A stretch of 64,000 bases of DNA from Camelus dromedarius (lineage: Eukaryota). The notes under the pieces were generated by a model. That model had not been told where the DNA came from and searched no databases. It saw nothing but the letters and a program-made list of their open reading frames with translations. The DNA is taken from the NCBI RefSeq assembly GCF_036321535.1, contig NC_087437.1:111168001-111232000 (forward strand), in the 5' to 3' direction. The translations under genes and the position numbers were made by a program. Below are positions 36,679-50,395 of the stretch, in pieces (within the stretch, counting starts at the first letter, position 1; every line of letters begins with the position of its first letter).

Positions 36679-39600
36679 CATTTTCACCAATTCTCTTTTT
36701 AGCTGTGTCTAATCTGCTGCTTTTCTGTTTATTTACATTTAATATCATTTCATATATTTTGCATTTTTAGAATTTCTATTTGGTTTTTTAAATCTTGTTC
36801 TTTATAGTTATTCCTTCACTTTATAGGATTTCATAGTTTCATATCCCCTATTTAGTTCTTTACTAAATTTTAGCATATTTAATTTATATTATTTTCCAGA
36901 TTCTTGATTTTTAAAATCTTAAAGTCTTAGGGTCTCTAATCTTCTTGTTGGTTTTGTCTTATGATACCTGTGGATTTTGTGTGTGTGTGTGTGTGTGTGT
37001 GTACACATACAAATATGTGAACATATGTATATATACTATATATGGTGTAATATATTTGTAAGTTAATCTTTAGTAAGGCTTCTGTTTTGTGTCAGTCTAG
37101 TGTGGCTTTCTTTGCAGAGAATCTGAATCATCTTGCATTTTCTTCTCCTCTGGGTTTTTCCCCTAGTCCAAGACCAATTTTTGTATTAATTTCCAGTTTT
37201 GCTGTTTCCTAGACTCTACAATTAGTATAAATCAGAATCTCAGACACATGAAGCAATGCCTTAAAGTTTTAATTTCTTTTTCTTTTTTTACCCGGAGCCT
37301 AAGCAGAAGACAGATGAGCTTTCTTCCTTAACCACTGGCTGTGCTGATGGATAAATGTTTCTGGTCCACTGTCTTGCTGAGGTTGCAAGTCAGCTCCATG
37401 CAGGAATTTTTCACTCTTCCTTCTTCATCTCTCCCAGGACCTCAGCTCCCTAATGAACATTGAAACCTAAGTCCTTTGGTCATTTGGACCAGTACTGCAC
37501 TCCCCCCTGCCAAAAAAAAGTACCTATAGTGTCAGCTCACACAGCAGTTTTTCAGTTCTTCCTTCTTCGTGGCCCTGGGATTTCTTCTTTCTTTCTTGTG
37601 AGCTCAACTATAACATTTAAAAGGGTTTTTAAAAACTATATTTTAGGCAGCGTATCTAAGAGTTTGCTGAGGAAGGTTTATTTTAGCCTGTCATTTTGCC
37701 AGCGCAGCTCACCACCCCACCATTATTGTTTTTATAAAGTCTTTTGCTAAAAGATCACTGTGGATCTCTTAATATAATATGGAATAATATGAGCATTCGG
37801 CACATATGTCTAGCAGGCTACACTTATGGGAAGAGAGAGAGAGATTTAGTAAGGAAAGAAATTCTTCTTACATTGGAAATATAATTTTGAGCCAATTCTC
37901 TAGGTTTATCAGTTTTTTAAAATCTTCCCTAACACACAGTCTGAACACAGGGGGTTGAATTATTGTTTTAGGACTAATTATCCAATATGTGAATTATTAG
38001 ATCTTTTTATTTGTTTTTCCCCCCTCTATTTATTAGTATCTATTCTGTTGGCTGGACCAGAAGAAACCAGTCCAGAAAAAAAAAAAAAGAAAGAAAAAAA
38101 AAAGATGTCATAGGAAACCCTTATCAAAACTATTTAATAACAATCATTAGCACCACAGATGGAACTGTGATTGGAAAGATGTAGGAACAATAAGCTAAAG
38201 TAAGATCTGAATCTTTACCATCTCTGCTCTTGTTCTCTTATTCTGTATATATGAATTTGACAACTAAATCTGAAAACTCCTATAGGACCATACCATTGCT
38301 CTGGGAATTTTAAACTCTGCTCTATGGATCTATATAGCGCTCCCCAGAGAGTCCTCAAAGAATTCTGCAGGAAATAATCTATCTGTTTATTTATTCAACA
38401 AATATTCACTGAGTGCTGGCCAGATGTCTGGCACTGGCTTGAGTATGGTCTTTGGGGAGATAGAACTGCCAAGTTCCTGGCCCTCTCTCTTTCAAACAGA
38501 GCAACTCTGCTGGTATCAGTTTAATAGTTGATGTTCTGCATAAGGTGGGGGGTTTTTGCTGCTTAAAGAAAGTTTGAAATCTTCTATGACACTAATGCCC
38601 TTATTTAAAAGAAGCTCCTATTAAGCAAAGCCATTTGGGGACTATGACCTTATAGTTGTATGTGTAAATAAATTATTCATCCAGCACAAGGATGAGTACC
38701 ATAGTGGGTACTGTGTGTTATTCAGGGTAGTTGATACTAAGATGCTGTAACAAATGATCCTGAAATCTCAGTGGCTTACAGCAAAAAGATTTATTTCCTA
38801 TTTGTATTGTATGTCCATTGCTCGTCTTGTGGTTCTGTTTACGTAGCATCCTACTTTGGGATGTGAGCTGACGGAGCAGCCTCTATCTGGAACTTTGTTG
38901 GCCCCTGGCAGGGGTAAAAGCAGAAACATAGCCAAATTTACACTGCAGCTTCTGCTTGTAAATTACACATCACTGTAATGGACTTTTCATTGGCTAAAAC
39001 AAGGTACATGGCTTCGCCTGATGTCATTGGCGCAGAGAAATACAATCTTTCCATAGGGAGGGGCAGCAAATATTTAAGGACAATAATGCCACATGCCAAA
39101 GGACTCAATAAATATTTGTCTATTAGACAATTCCATACGATAAATAACCATGTACCAATGCATTCCCAAATCCCAACCATACAATCCATTCTCTCTGAGT
39201 AGAAGTCCATGATTGTATGCTTCTTTGAATTATGAGAAAAGCTGAAATGAGGTTAAAATAATCTCATGATTTTTTATTACCACAGCTAAGTAAGAACTCC
39301 CCTCCATCTGTGGGTAAAGAAACCACGATATCCATTCCCTCAACCCCACATCTATTGTGTCTTTTCAAAATGCCTTGTAAAATATTAGAAGGAAAAAGGT
39401 CTGGAACTTCTAAGGATTAAGAAGAAATTTGCATCAGCAGGAAGCCAGGCTGTAAACCCCAAGGAGCTGAGGGGCTTAGTTCCAGAGCCAGATTGTATAA
39501 GACGGGGCTTAAAAAGCAATCTGGAGCCATCCTATGTAAAACTAATTGTCCACCAAGAGGAAGCCTCAAAGGGGGTTGCAGAGAATGAAGGAATGAAATG

Positions 39601-41450
39601 AATTCCAGATGACCATGAGGATTTTCTTGATCAAAACAAGACTATCTTACGAAATCATGCTCTATGTGAGTCTATGATTTCTCCCTTTTCTGCAAAAATA
39701 ATGAAGGAAAGCATTTAGCTATTTTTGCTGTAGCTGGACTACATAGAAGAAAGATGCTTATCTGTGCAAAAAGATACAGAAAGGGAAACTATGATTGGAC
39801 TCTGCAGTGCAAATGGCAAAAATTAGATTCAAATTACTTTTAGCAAAAGAGAATAATACTGGTTCTCAAAGCTGAAAAGCCCAGAGATAGATTTGGCTTT
39901 AGGTATGGCTGGATCCAGGGGCTTATGCCATATTGTATCATCTTTGTCTCTTTCTCTCCTTGTTTCTGTTTGGTTTTAGTCTACAGGCTGGGTTGCATCC
40001 ATGCAGGTTTTCCTCACCAGGGCCTTGGCCTTTGCATCCCACACCTGCCTTGGCTGAGTATTCAGACATCTCTGGAGCTACCCACAGAATCAAGTCTTTA
40101 GCCTGCTGCTGGCCTATGTCTGTCCTTCCTTTGCAGCTGATCTGGGTGGGTGATCTCTTAGTGGGCTCCCACTAGGGTGCTCTGGCTCTCACCCTCTGCC
40201 ATGTGCTGCTGGTTACCAGCTACCTGTCTCTTCTCCTTCTGCAGAGCAGCAGTGTGACTTAGCATAACTCAGCCAACGATGCTCTCTCTGTAGGCTTTTC
40301 CCCCCACATCAAATGCCCACATCCCTACCCCTGCCACAGCACTCCCTCCCACTGGGACATTTCCCCAGGCCACCACCAGTGACATCTTTAGCAACGGAGC
40401 TGCTACTTTGTGACCTACCAACCCAGACTGCATCCTCTTTGCCCACCAGGTGGCGGGTGAGGAAGTCACAAATTTCCATCTTTCTGCCTGTATTGTCTGA
40501 CCTCCCTTGGCACCACTTAAGCTAATCTGGGTCCTCCAAGGAGTTGACAATGAAATGGGCTTAAGCGTGCAAGGATTTTGTTAGGGCAGATGCCTGTGAG
40601 AAAATGGGGAGGGAGGCCAGAAAAACTGGGGAGAGCCAGCAATCCTTGAGAGAAGAAGAAAAGAAGCGTTGGGTGGAATGGTCCCAGACTGACATGCAAT
40701 TTAAGGAAGATTCTGTAAGGATGCTGGGTAGTCCTCAAGCCCCCCTGGGGGTCACCTGTCTCACAGGCAGGACTAGCTACATAATATGTGGGGCTGATGT
40801 GAAATGAATACACAAGACCTCTTGTTAACAAATTATTAACAGGAGAGTCTTAAACCAAGCATGAGGCCCTTCTGAGCACAAGGTTCTGTGCGACTACCTG
40901 GGTCTTGTACCTGTGAAGCCAGCTCTGCTTCCACGAGTGGTTTGTCCTAGTGTCCCCACCATGCTCAATCACTGGCCAGGAGCAGCCTGTGGATGGCCTC
41001 AGAGTCACACAGTGATGGAATTCAGAGTCTGGCAGGTGAGGTCCTTTTTTAATGTGTGTGGTTTTTGTTTTTTGTCTCTTAAAAAGGATGTGGATGAACA
41101 TATTATCCTCTATTTCCAGCTAATACTTTAAAACTGGTGCCTTAATCCTGATGCAATTTATCTGTATTAATGGTGTGAAATGGGGATTTAATTTTTGTCT
41201 TTATTGATAACCATGTGTCCCATCATAACTTATTGAATGGCTGGTCTGGTTCCTTTCTGATTTAAATGTCCATTGTGTCAAATATTAAATTCCCAGCTAT
41301 ACATAGGTAATGAGAACTGAACTGAACTGTTTTCGTCTTATTTTAGCTGAGTCCTCAAGAGATGCCATGTCCCACTCTATGTGGGAGCGCCATGAAAGAT
41401 TGGCAGAAGGGTTTTATGACCCTTAGCCCCTCAAAAATTTAGGGTGCATA

Positions 41451-42040
41451 CCCCAATGTTCACAGCAGCAGTATTTACAATAACCAAGACATGGAAGCAA
41501 CCCAAATGTTCATCGACAGATGACTGGATAAAAAAGTTGTGGTATACACACACACACACACACACACAAACACACGCAATGGAATACTACTCAGCCATAA
41601 AAAAGAATGGAATAATGACATTTGCAGCAACATGAATGGACCTAGAGATTATCATACTAAGTGAAGTAAGTTAGAAAGAGAAAAAACATACACCATATGA
41701 TATCACTTACATGTGGAATCTAAAATATGATACAAAGGAACTAATTTAAAAAACAGAAACAGACTCACAGTCATAGAAAACAAACTTATGGTTACCAAAA
41801 GGGAAAGTGAGGGGAAGGTTAAATTAGGAGTTTAGTATTAAAAGATATAAACTACTATATATAAAATAGATAAACAACAAGGCCCTACTGCATAACCCAG
41901 GGAACTATATTCAATATCTTGTAATAAACCATCATGGAAAAGAATGAAAAAAAATATACATACATATATATAACTGAAAAACTATGCTGTACACCAGAAA
42001 CTAACACAACATTGTAAATCAACTGTACTTCAATTTAAAA
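41451..42040 (+). mobile_element. L1 3' end
   Basis: TPMFTAAVFTITKTWKQPKCSSTDDWIKKLWY plus 3' UTR; TSD-like tagggtgcata / taggatgcata. Confidence 0.88.
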
Positions 42041-44027
42041 AAATAGGATGCATAAAAGAACTAAGGTTGAAGCTAGAGGAGGATTTTCTTTAGAGAAGAT
42101 TGTTGAATTTGGAGTCTCTCCACCTCAAAAGGGAGGTAGGGGTGCTTTCTCTTCTTCCTAAGTCTAGGGAAAGGGGATCCAGTGGGACCACTGAGAGAGC
42201 TTCTCTGCTGTCCTGAAGGGCGAGGTAGAGGGGGGACACTGTAGGCTGGTGTTTGGCTCATGCCAGAAACCCTTATGCTCAGGGATCTGTAACTACTCGC
42301 TCCTCTGTTAGGCAAGAGGAGGAGGTTGCCTTGCTCTGCACCCCCACTGTCCCTCCAGGTGCCCTTAGCATCCTTCACCCTCCTGAGCATCCCAGAGGTC
42401 TAAGTCCCAATCAGCACCAACTCGATTCCTGGTCTTGTGGACTCCCACTGGGTTTGGGCATCCGGAGGCCACAGCAGAGTTGAGAGTGGACAAAGAGACA
42501 GAGATGGGAGCACATCCTCCCAGCTGCCTCCCTGCTGGGCGCTGTTTGTGGAACGGCTGCCGTTCGCTGCCCCACACTCCTGCCTCCTCTTGATCCTCCA
42601 GGCCCAGGGCTGAGGGATGCTTCGGCTCTCCCATGCCTCAGAGGGCTTCCCTTCCCTGCTGGTTTCTCAGCACTACCCACACTGGATCATCCTCCCTTCA
42701 CTAAATTAGCTTCTATTTCTCTTCCCAGTGGGCCATCTGTTTCCCATGGAAGGAACCTTGATATGATGGCTTTTTATCTTTTGGAAGATAATATTTATTT
42801 CTTTTCCCTAATCCAAATTTGTTTTATGCTTAGTGCAGAAAACGTGGAAATTAGAGGCACATGCAGAAAAGTTGGAGGGCTTGGCCTGACTGTTCTGCTT
42901 TTGTCTGTTCCATCCCAGTCCCTAGAGAAGCCCACCCAGGCCCACAGCTGCAGTCCGTTGACATGCTGCGGATGCCGAAACTTACAGCCTCATCCAGTCT
43001 TCTCCTCTGAGTCCCAGGTTCGTGTGTCCATGGATGTCTGATGGAGTTCCTGCTTCCCTGTGCCCGACCCCCCTGCTGCCCCACAGCAGACACTCAGTCC
43101 TCTTCGGGCTGGCTTGTCTTGACCGGGGCACCCACCCACCCAGCTGCCTGAGCCCCAAACTTGGAGCCACTGATGACTGTTTTCTCATTACTCTCCTTTC
43201 CTCCTTCCTTCCAACCCTGACACTGAATCCATAATTAGGTCCTGTCTGTCCAACTTCCAAAACAGACATCAAATCTGTGCCCCTCCTGCCACACTGTGGC
43301 CATGCCACTCGCCCAAGGGCCTGTTGTCAGTCATCTGCATGGGAGCTTTTTTAGGGTCTTCCTGCTTCCGTCCTTTTCCAAGAAGCCAGTTGTGTAACTA
43401 AAATGCAGATCAACAGTTGTCATCCTCATGGTCCCAGAATGAAGCCCAGGCTCCTTCCAGGGAGCTGTAAGCGGAGCCACTGGGTGCAGTTTGTGTCCTG
43501 CTCTGGGTTCTTGGCCAACGTGGCCAAGACGCTGCTGTCCAGCCTGATCCCAGTTCTGGGTCCTTCCAGGGAGTGAACTGCTGCTCTGGGGAGAGGCCAC
43601 CTTTCTCTAATTTGTGCAAAGGTGCCTTGACTACGATACTCCAGTGGCACGACTTCTGCTCTCTCACCAGCATCATCTCTTATTTCCCAGCCCCTTGTTT
43701 CCATGGCTCCAGCCATGGTGAATTCCCTCCCTCTGCGAACCTGCTCCTCCCCACCTCTGCATTGTGGGTCTCTCTGTCTCAAATGTGCTTTATGTGGATG
43801 ACTCCTTCTCAATCTTCAGTTCTCCATCCGAATATTGCCTTCCCTGACTGCTTAAATAAAGCGACCAATCTAGTCCAGTCACACACTTACTTTGTGGTTC
43901 TGTAAATTTAATGAACAACTGCTATGGGCCACGCACTGCTCTGTGTATTGGAACCGTGAATCAGATGAGAATTCCCGCCCATGTGGAGGTTACTTTCCAG
44001 TGATGAGAATCAGAGAACAGATACGAT

Positions 44028-44507
44028 GTTTCATTTTGTGTGTCTACCTGGCTAGGTCCTGGTACCCAGTGTTTGGTCCAACACCAGTCTGGATGTTGCT
44101 GTGAAGGTATTTTTTTAGATGGGATTAACATATACAATAGTAGACTTCGAGTAATGCAGATCACCCTCCACCATGTCTGTAGACCTTATCCAGTCAGTGG
44201 GAGACCTTAAGAGACAAGACTGAAGTCTTAGAAGAAGGAATCTGCCTCCAACCTGCCTTACGACTTGAGACTACAGCATCACTTCTTTCCTGGGTCTCCA
44301 GCCTGCTGGCCTGCTGTGCAGATTTGGGACTTGCCAGCCTCCCAGTCATGTGACTCAATTCTTTAAAAATCAATCAATCTCTCTTTCTCTCTACGTACAT
44401 ACAGAGAGAGAGAGAGGTAAGAGGGGAAGGAGAGAGAGACACACACACACACATATAGATATAGATACTCCCATTGGTTATGTTTCTCTGAAGAACATTT
44501 ATTAACA
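44028..44507 (+). mobile_element. MLT2 (ERVL) LTR
   Basis: ccagtctggatgttgctgtgaaggtattttttagatgggattaac...cccattggttatgtttctctgaagaac. Confidence 0.75.
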
Positions 44508-45077
44508 TGATAGAGAAGATAAATAAGTAAAATAGATTACATAGTACAGCAGATAGTAATAAAAAAACACTGGAGAAAGCCCCCATAAGCTTGTTCATTT
44601 CCTTCATTACATTCATCTGTAACTATCTTCTTTGATAACTTCTCTGCTGTCTACTTTGCCTGCTACTATAGACACTATCACATGCAGTTCTGGTTATCTT
44701 TGCTGTGTAACAAAGCACCCCAAATTTAGTGACGTTAGACAGCAATCAATCATTTGAAAGGTTACATGGGGGATGAGTATTTTCTACTCCATGCTGCCTT
44801 AGTCTCAGCTAGCGAGACTCAAAGCTGGGGCTGAAACAGCAGAGGCTGCAGGAAGACCCACTTCTGAGAGGGCTTCTCCATCGACCTGCCTGGTGCCTGG
44901 CTGGGCTGGCTCAAGGCCGGCTCCACCGAGACCGTGGACAGGAGCACCTCTGTGTGCCTTGCCTGTGACTTGAGTGTCTCACAGCACAGCAACTCAGTTC
45001 AGCAAGGGAGCATTTAAGGGAAGTCTTTAGACCGTGAGCTTCTAAGAGAGCCAGGCGGAAAAGACTTGGCAGTTATC

Positions 45078-45417
45078 AGGGGGAGGGAGGCAGGAAAATG
45101 TGTGAAGGTAGCGAGAGCATACAAACTTCCAGTTATAAAATGAGTAAGTTCTGAGGACATAATGCACAGCGTTGTGACCATAGTTAACAACACTATCTTG
45201 TATACTTGAAAGCTGCCGAGAAGGTACACCTTAAATGTTCTCACCAAACACACACAGCACACAAAAGATAACTGTGTGAGATGATGGATGTGCTAACTAA
45301 CCTTATTCCAGTAACCATCCCACTGTATATGTACATATATCAAATCATCATGTTGTACACCTTAAACTTACACAATGTTCTATGTCAGATATATCTCAAT
45401 ACAGCTGAAAAAAAAAA
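45078..45417 (+). mobile_element. L1 3' UTR tail
   Basis: acaaacttccagttataaaatgagtaagttctgagga...tatatctcaatacagctg followed by an A-tail. Confidence 0.8.
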
Positions 45418-46881
45418 TTAAGGCAATGTTTTCAAACCATGTCACATGCTCAGCCCCTAACACAGTTCCTAGCATGTAGAAGGTAATTAACACATGTTTG
45501 TTGATGGCGTAAACAGAAAAGCCCAAGCCAAACAAAATACACATCACACTTATTGCACTACCTACAGATAATCACTAGTAAAGTATGTTTCTATTTTTTC
45601 AGTGCATGGACTGTATGCACATACATCCCTTTTACTCAACTATTAATGCTATACCATTAGCATTATAATATTTTCCACTTAATATTAAAACTTCCCCATG
45701 TCCACAAATATTCTTCCACACCACATATGGCTGTGTAGTTGCACATTTTCAGAGGTAGCGGATTTTATGTATTTGATCCTTTAGTATTAGGCAATTGGAT
45801 ATTTCCCAGTATTTTGCTGTGAGTAAATGCAGCAATAAACATATTTGTGTACGTGTCTTTGCACACTTTTCTAAGAATTCTTTTAAGGATAAATTCCTGG
45901 AAGTAAAATTGTGGGTCAAAAGATACACATATTTTCAACATCTTTCACATTTATGTATACATTATGATTTTCTCATTTCTGAACATTCAGCAAAATCCTT
46001 CTTGCATGTTTTAAATTCAATTTCTTTTCTTTAAAACAACAAAGTGTAGATGTCTTTTTGTCTATTCTACATGTTTGTCTTAATGACTTCTGCTTTTTTG
46101 ATTTCAATCAAGTCAGTAGTGCTTTTGAAAAGAAGTATCAGGAGGCTTTCTAAAAATATCCATCTTTACAGGAACGTTCAGATTTGAAAATGAAATGTGT
46201 CCCTAGTAATCGAATCCCCCTGCAAACCAATTCATCTCAGTTCTATGTAGCAAAGAAAATTGCAGAGTGAGAGGCGTGCCTGTAGCTCATTACTTGTGCT
46301 ACATGGCTTGCAAACTTGCTTGAACAAAACCCTGGAGCCTAGATGTCCACAAAGAGAAAATTTAAGTTTTTAGTTTTATGATAGTGATATGACACTTCAT
46401 CTCTTAGAACACGATTGTATTCTATGGGTTTTCATCTGGTTAGGGACTGTCTTGTCTCTTTCATTTTTTGCACACCTTTAGTTATATTAATGATGGGTGT
46501 TATACTGACACATAATCTAACTTTTATAGTCTTGCTAAAGGTGCAGAGTAAAGAAACTTGCTATCCTATCATATTATGTAATGTGTCTGTAGCTGCATTT
46601 ATAATTTATTGTCAATATATAATCAAGCTCTCCCTAAGCTTGTATTGTAAGTTCCACACGCTTAAAAGTTGCACGTTCTAGGAATCAGTTGCTTTCGTGG
46701 TACCTAATATTTAGGTTAGCCAGTGTGATGTTCAACTGCTACCATTGTATTGGGAAGTTGGCCTGCAAAAAACATGCATCTATCTGTTTGTCTCTCTTCG
46801 GGCAAATGCTATTAGTGGAATAAAATGCTAAAGGCTTCCAGTTTTTTTTATTAAAAATAAAATGATTCATAGTAATTTTCT

Positions 46882-49412
46882 CCCCCAACTTTTACTGAGA
46901 TATAATCAACATATAATATTGTATTAGTTTAAATTGTACAACATGATTTGATACTTGGATATATATTGCTAAATAATTACCACAATAAGTCTGATTAATA
47001 TCCATGACCTTAGATAGTTACAATTTTTTATCTTATAATAAGAATTTTTAGGATCTAGTCTCTTAGCAAATTTCAAATATACAATACAGTATTGTTAACT
47101 ACAGTCATGATACTGTGCATTACGTCCTCAGACTGACTTATCTTATAACTAGAATTTGTACCTTTTGACCACCTTAGCCACCTCCCACCAGCAACTGCCA
47201 ATCTATTCTATGTTTCTATGAATTTGGCTTCTTTAGAGTCCGCACGAATGAGATCATACAGTGTTTTCTTTCTCTGTCTGACTTATTTCACTTAAGTTCC
47301 ATCCGTGTCGTCCCAAATGGCAGGATTTCTTTCTTTTAATGGCTAATATTTCATTGTGTGTATGTGTGTGTGTATATTCTATTCTGTGTGTGTGTGTGTG
47401 TATATATATAAATTATAAGTTCGTGTTTCTTGAACGTGAATGTGCGCAGGAACCACACTATATATATAGTGTGTATATATATATATAGTGTGTGTGTGTA
47501 TGTATATATGTGTGTGTATATATATACACACATGTATATATAATTTATCCATTCATCTGTTGATGGACACTTCCATTGTTTCCATGTCTTGGCAATTATA
47601 GATAATGCTGCAATGAACATGGGGATGCAGATATTTCTTCAAGATAGCCTTTTTATTTCCTTCAGATATATATATACCCAGAAGTGGAATTGCTGGATTC
47701 TATGGTAGCTCTATTTTAAATTTTTTGAGGAACCTCCATGCTGTCTTTCCGTAGTTGCTGCACCAATTTACATTCCTACCAACAGTGTAGGAGGGTTCCC
47801 TTTTCTCTACATCCTTGCCAACACTTGTGATCTCTTGTCTTTTTGATGACAACCATCCTAGCAGGTGTGAGGTGATATCTCATTGTGGTTTTGATTTGCA
47901 TTTTCCTGATGGTTAGTGATGTTGCCTATCTTTTCATGTACCTGTTGGCCTTGTATATGTCTTCTCTGGAAAAATGTCTACTCAGTTCCTCTGCTCATTT
48001 TACAATCAGATTGTTCATATTTTGGCTATTCAGTTGTATGAGTTCTTTATGTATTTTGGTTATTAACCTCTTAGCTGAAGTATGATTTGCAGATTTTTTT
48101 CCCATTCTGTAGATTGTCTTTTCATTTTGTTTAATGGTTTCCTTTAAAAAGGATGTAGTTTGATGTAGTCCCATTCATTTATTTTTGCTTTTGTTGCCTT
48201 TGCTTTTGATGTCAAATCTAAAAAACAAATTGTCAAGACTGATGTTAAGGTGGGTACTGCCTATGATTTCTTCTAGGAACTTTATGGTTTCCAGTTTTAT
48301 GTTCAAGTCTTTAATCCATTTTGAGTTGATTGCTGTCTGTGGTGTGAGAGAGTGGTCCAGTTTCCTTTCTTTGCATGTGCTGTCCAGCTTTTCCAGCACC
48401 ATTTATTGAAGAGACTTCCCTTCCTCTGCTGTAAATTTTTGGCTGTTTGTTATAAATTGATCATACAAGCACAGATTTGTTTCTGGGCTCTCTATTCTGT
48501 TCCACTGATCAATGTGTCTGTTTTATGCCAATATTGTACTGTTTTGATTACTATAGTTTTGTAAGATAGTTTGAAATCAGGGAGTGTGATGCCTCCAGCT
48601 TTGTTCTTCTTTCTCAAGATTATTTCAGCTATTCAGGGTCTTTTGTGGTTCCATACAAATTTTAGAATTATTTTTCTATTTCTGTAAAAAATGCCATGGA
48701 GTTTTGAGAGGAATTTCATTTTAATCTATGGATTGCTTTGGGTATTACGGACATTTTAACAATATTAATTCTCCCAGTCCACAAGCATGGGATATCTTTC
48801 CATTTATTTATGTTTTCTTTCATTTCTTTCATCAATGTCTTGTAGTTATCAATCTACAAATCTTTCACTTCTTGGTTAAATTTATTCCTAGGTATTTTAT
48901 TCATTCTGGTGAAACTGAAAATGGGATTGTTTTCTTAATTTATCTTTCTGATTTTTTAATTGTTATTGTATAGAAATGCAACTGATTTTTATATACTGAT
49001 TTTTATGTCCTGCAACTTTACTGAATTTGTTTATTAGTTCTAACAGTTTTTTTTTTTTTAATGGAGCCTTTAGTGTTTCCTATATATACATGTCATCTGC
49101 AAGTAGAGACAGTTTTACTTCTCTCTTTCCGATTTGGATGCCTTTTATTTCTTTTTCTTTCTTATTGCTCTGGACTTCCAGTACTATGTTTAATAAAAGT
49201 GGTGAGAGTGGGGATCCTTGTCTTGTTCCTAATCTTAGAAGAAATGTTTTCAGCTTTTCACTGTTGAGTATGACAGTATCTGTGGGCTGGACATATATGT
49301 CCTATATTATGTTGAGGTATGTTCCTTCTATACCCAGGTGGTTGAGACTTTTATACATGAACAGATGTTGAATTCTGTCAAATGCTTTTTCTACATCTAT
49401 TGAGATGATCTG
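46882..49412 (-). mobile_element. 5'-truncated L1 (ORF2 3' part + 3' UTR)
   Basis: Minus-strand ORF2p fragments ([38 protein letters not shown]); perfect 12-bp TSD tagtaattttct at 46870-46881 and 49413-49424. Confidence 0.92.
47356..47541. repeat. Compound (TG)n/(TA)n microsatellite inside the L1
   Basis: Directly visible dinucleotide runs with a short unique insert. Confidence 0.9.
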
Positions 49413-50395
49413 TAGTAATTTTCTTTGGCTGTTTCACAGCAGCAGCAGATTACTATCCTGCAGCAGAGTTCATTTTCAATGACATTGTCACTACTACTGA
49501 TGCCAGCTTCTAATGAACAGTACTGACATCTTTGTTCAGTAAGGGTTTCTTACTGAGTCTTTCTAAGTCCTCGCCCTTTTAACATGTTGTCTTCCTGTGT
49601 CAATTAAGTGACCTCTAGCATCACGAGGAATTCTTCGAAATAGTTTGAATCTTGGTCCAGCCACAGCTTTACATGCTTCAGTATGTGGTGATGGACTCAA
49701 ACCCTTGCTTCTTCTTTAGGGATACTGGCGCTTTCTTCCAGTTGCTTCTCTGGGTTCTGGGAAGAAGATGAAAATTTGTACATGAAGGGAATATAAATTG
49801 AATTTTAAAAAGATGAACTAACTAACCGTTTAAGATCTCTTTTAAAAATTAAGGAACAAAAAATTTTCAGATGTGAAATTAGCTCATGTAAGTTCATTTA
49901 ATGGATTCAGGCCACATTTTGTTTTTCTTAGACCAAGAACATTTTTTTTTTATATTTGTACTCTGTATCAGCTAGGGCTTTGGGGCTTGAATTATGCAAG
50001 AATTATGCATTTGTAGCAGGGTCTCCTAGTTGGATGAGGTTAACAGGGCTCTAGGGATGTCTGAAGCCTAAAAGATAACAATGGACACATAGGAGTATCT
50101 GTATTATTTCTTGTCATTTTTACGAGGTCCAGAACATCCTTCAGAAAGAAGTTTACTCCTGTTGTTGGTGGTCTGTATTCGTAATTCATGATGGATGGCA
50201 TAAGACACTGCAACTTAGAGGAAAAGTTGTCAGTTTTTCACCATTGAGCAAGAAGGTGAAGAATTCCAGATATTTCCCTAGTCCCCACACAGGGTCTCAG
50301 GTCTACAGTAGATTTGTCTGATCCTATTTAGAGTTTGCAGAAGTTGTGAAAAATACCCCTAAGATATTTTTATTCTTAATTAAAATTCCAAGAAG

